From the sequence record DRR723986_3083: DNA of 37,633 nt. The stretch is one strand, 5' to 3'. Positions 36,599-37,633 of the stretch are shown here, piece after piece (position 1 is the stretch's first letter; the number at the start of each line of letters is the position of its first letter). The notes beneath the pieces are model-generated. The model did not search any database. It worked only from the letters and a program-made list of their open reading frames with translations, and was not told the DNA's origin. Position numbers and translations under genes: made by a program.

Positions 36599-37633
36599 AT
36601 GACTGACGATGTGATCCTCAAGATCTCCAACCTCTCGAAATCCTTCGGGCCGGTTCAGGCGCTCAAGGGGGTAAGTTTCGAATTGCGCAAGGGCGAGATC
36701 CATGCGCTTGCCGGGGAAAACGGCGCCGGCAAATCGACGCTGATGAATATCATCGACGGCATCCTGCAGCCGGACAGCGGAGAAATCCGCTTCGATGGCG
36801 AACCGGTGGTCATTTCATCTCCGGCGATGGCGCAGAAGCTCGGCATCGGCTTCGTTCACCAGGAGATTGCCCTGTGTCCCGATGTGACGGTTGCCGAAAA
36901 CATCTTCATGGCGACGACCAATGTCAGCCGATCGTTCCTGATGAATTATCGTGCGCTTGAAAAGAAGGCCGCTGAAGTTCTGGGCCAGCTTGGCGACATC
37001 GATCCGACGACACTCGTGCGGGATCTGTCGATTTCCCACCAGCAGCTCGTCGAGATCGCCAAAGCCCTGACACTCGATTGCCGGGTGCTGATCCTGGATG
37101 AGCCGACCGCGGCGCTGACAGAGAAAGAAGCGCAGATCCTCTTCAAGATCATGCGCCGTCTTGCCGACAAGGGCATCTCGATCATCTACATCTCCCATCG
37201 CATGGTCGAGATCTTCGACAATTGCGACCGGGTTTCCGTCTTTCGGGACGGCACCTACATCACTACCCGCAATGTTTCGGAGATCCAGCCCGATGACGTG
37301 GTCAATGCCATGGTCGGCCGGGTGATCGACGAGCTTTACCCGCGCAAGCAGTCCGAAAGCGAAAAGACGGACGATATCATTCTGGACGTTCAGAGCCTGA
37401 GTGAACGCACGCGTTTCAAGGATGTCTCGTTCCAGCTCCGCAAGGGCGAGATCCTCGGGATTGCCGGGCTGATCGGTGCCGGGCGCAGCGAGATCGTGAA
37501 GGGCATCTGCCGACTTGAAGGCGACGTGACCGGGGAGGTTTCGCTCAATGGCCGCAAGCTGTCGCTGAAGACCTATCGGGACAGCATCTCCGAGGGCATC
37601 GTCTATCTGTCCGAAGACCGCAAGGGTGACGGC
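36599..37633 (+). CDS. Sugar ABC transporter ATP-binding protein (RbsA/MglA-type, two ABC domains), 3' end cut by the window
   Basis: Not in the ORF track (no stop in window). Read by hand: [17 protein letters not shown]...[10 protein letters not shown]...HQE...[10 protein letters not shown]...LDEPT...YISHR...GLIGAGRSE...SEDRKGDG. Confidence 0.92.
   Translation, partial: MTDDVILKISNLSKSFGPVQALKGVSFELRKGEIHALAGENGAGKSTLMNIIDGILQPDSGEIRFDGEPVVISSPAMAQKLGIGFVHQEIALCPDVTVAENIFMATTNVSRSFLMNYRALEKKAAEVLGQLGDIDPTTLVRDLSISHQQLVEIAKALTLDCRVLILDEPTAALTEKEAQILFKIMRRLADKGISIIYISHRMVEIFDNCDRVSVFRDGTYITTRNVSEIQPDDVVNAMVGRVIDELYPRKQSESEKTDDIILDVQSLSERTRFKDVSFQLRKGEILGIAGLIGAGRSEIVKGICRLEGDVTGEVSLNGRKLSLKTYRDSISEGIVYLSEDRKGDG

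Overview
GC-rich, probably alphaproteobacterial (inferred from composition and protein style) region of catabolic, transport and regulatory genes. No rRNA, tRNA, CRISPR array or transposase was recognised. It has five blocks. (1) 175-11325: a minus-strand operon (Liv-type ABC importer, GST, intradiol dioxygenase, SDR, beta-keto acid cleavage enzyme, QOR-type reductase, cupin) divergent from a LacI gene, with three TGCAATCGATTGCA-type operators between them. (2) 11955-21189: only the lower half of a homoprotocatechuate-like pathway (gabD, FAH-family gene, hpaH, hpaI), plus a prpB-like lyase, a tripartite tricarboxylate transporter with a tautomerase gene inserted in it, and a convergent IclR gene. 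Both promoter regions share a 15-bp palindrome. (3) 21447-29149: a wHTH-STAND NTPase-helical-repeat regulator divergent from serine hydrolase / orphan TpsB (ShlB/FhaC-type) / Tat serine hydrolase, with no TpsA passenger in the window. This is the best candidate for an undescribed system. (4) 29382-34986: an NtrC-type response regulator and Cache histidine kinase upstream of a sigma54 promoter driving an OFA-family MFS transporter. (5) 35467-end: start of a sugar ABC importer, truncated by the window edge. All calls come from motif recognition by eye; no searches were run.
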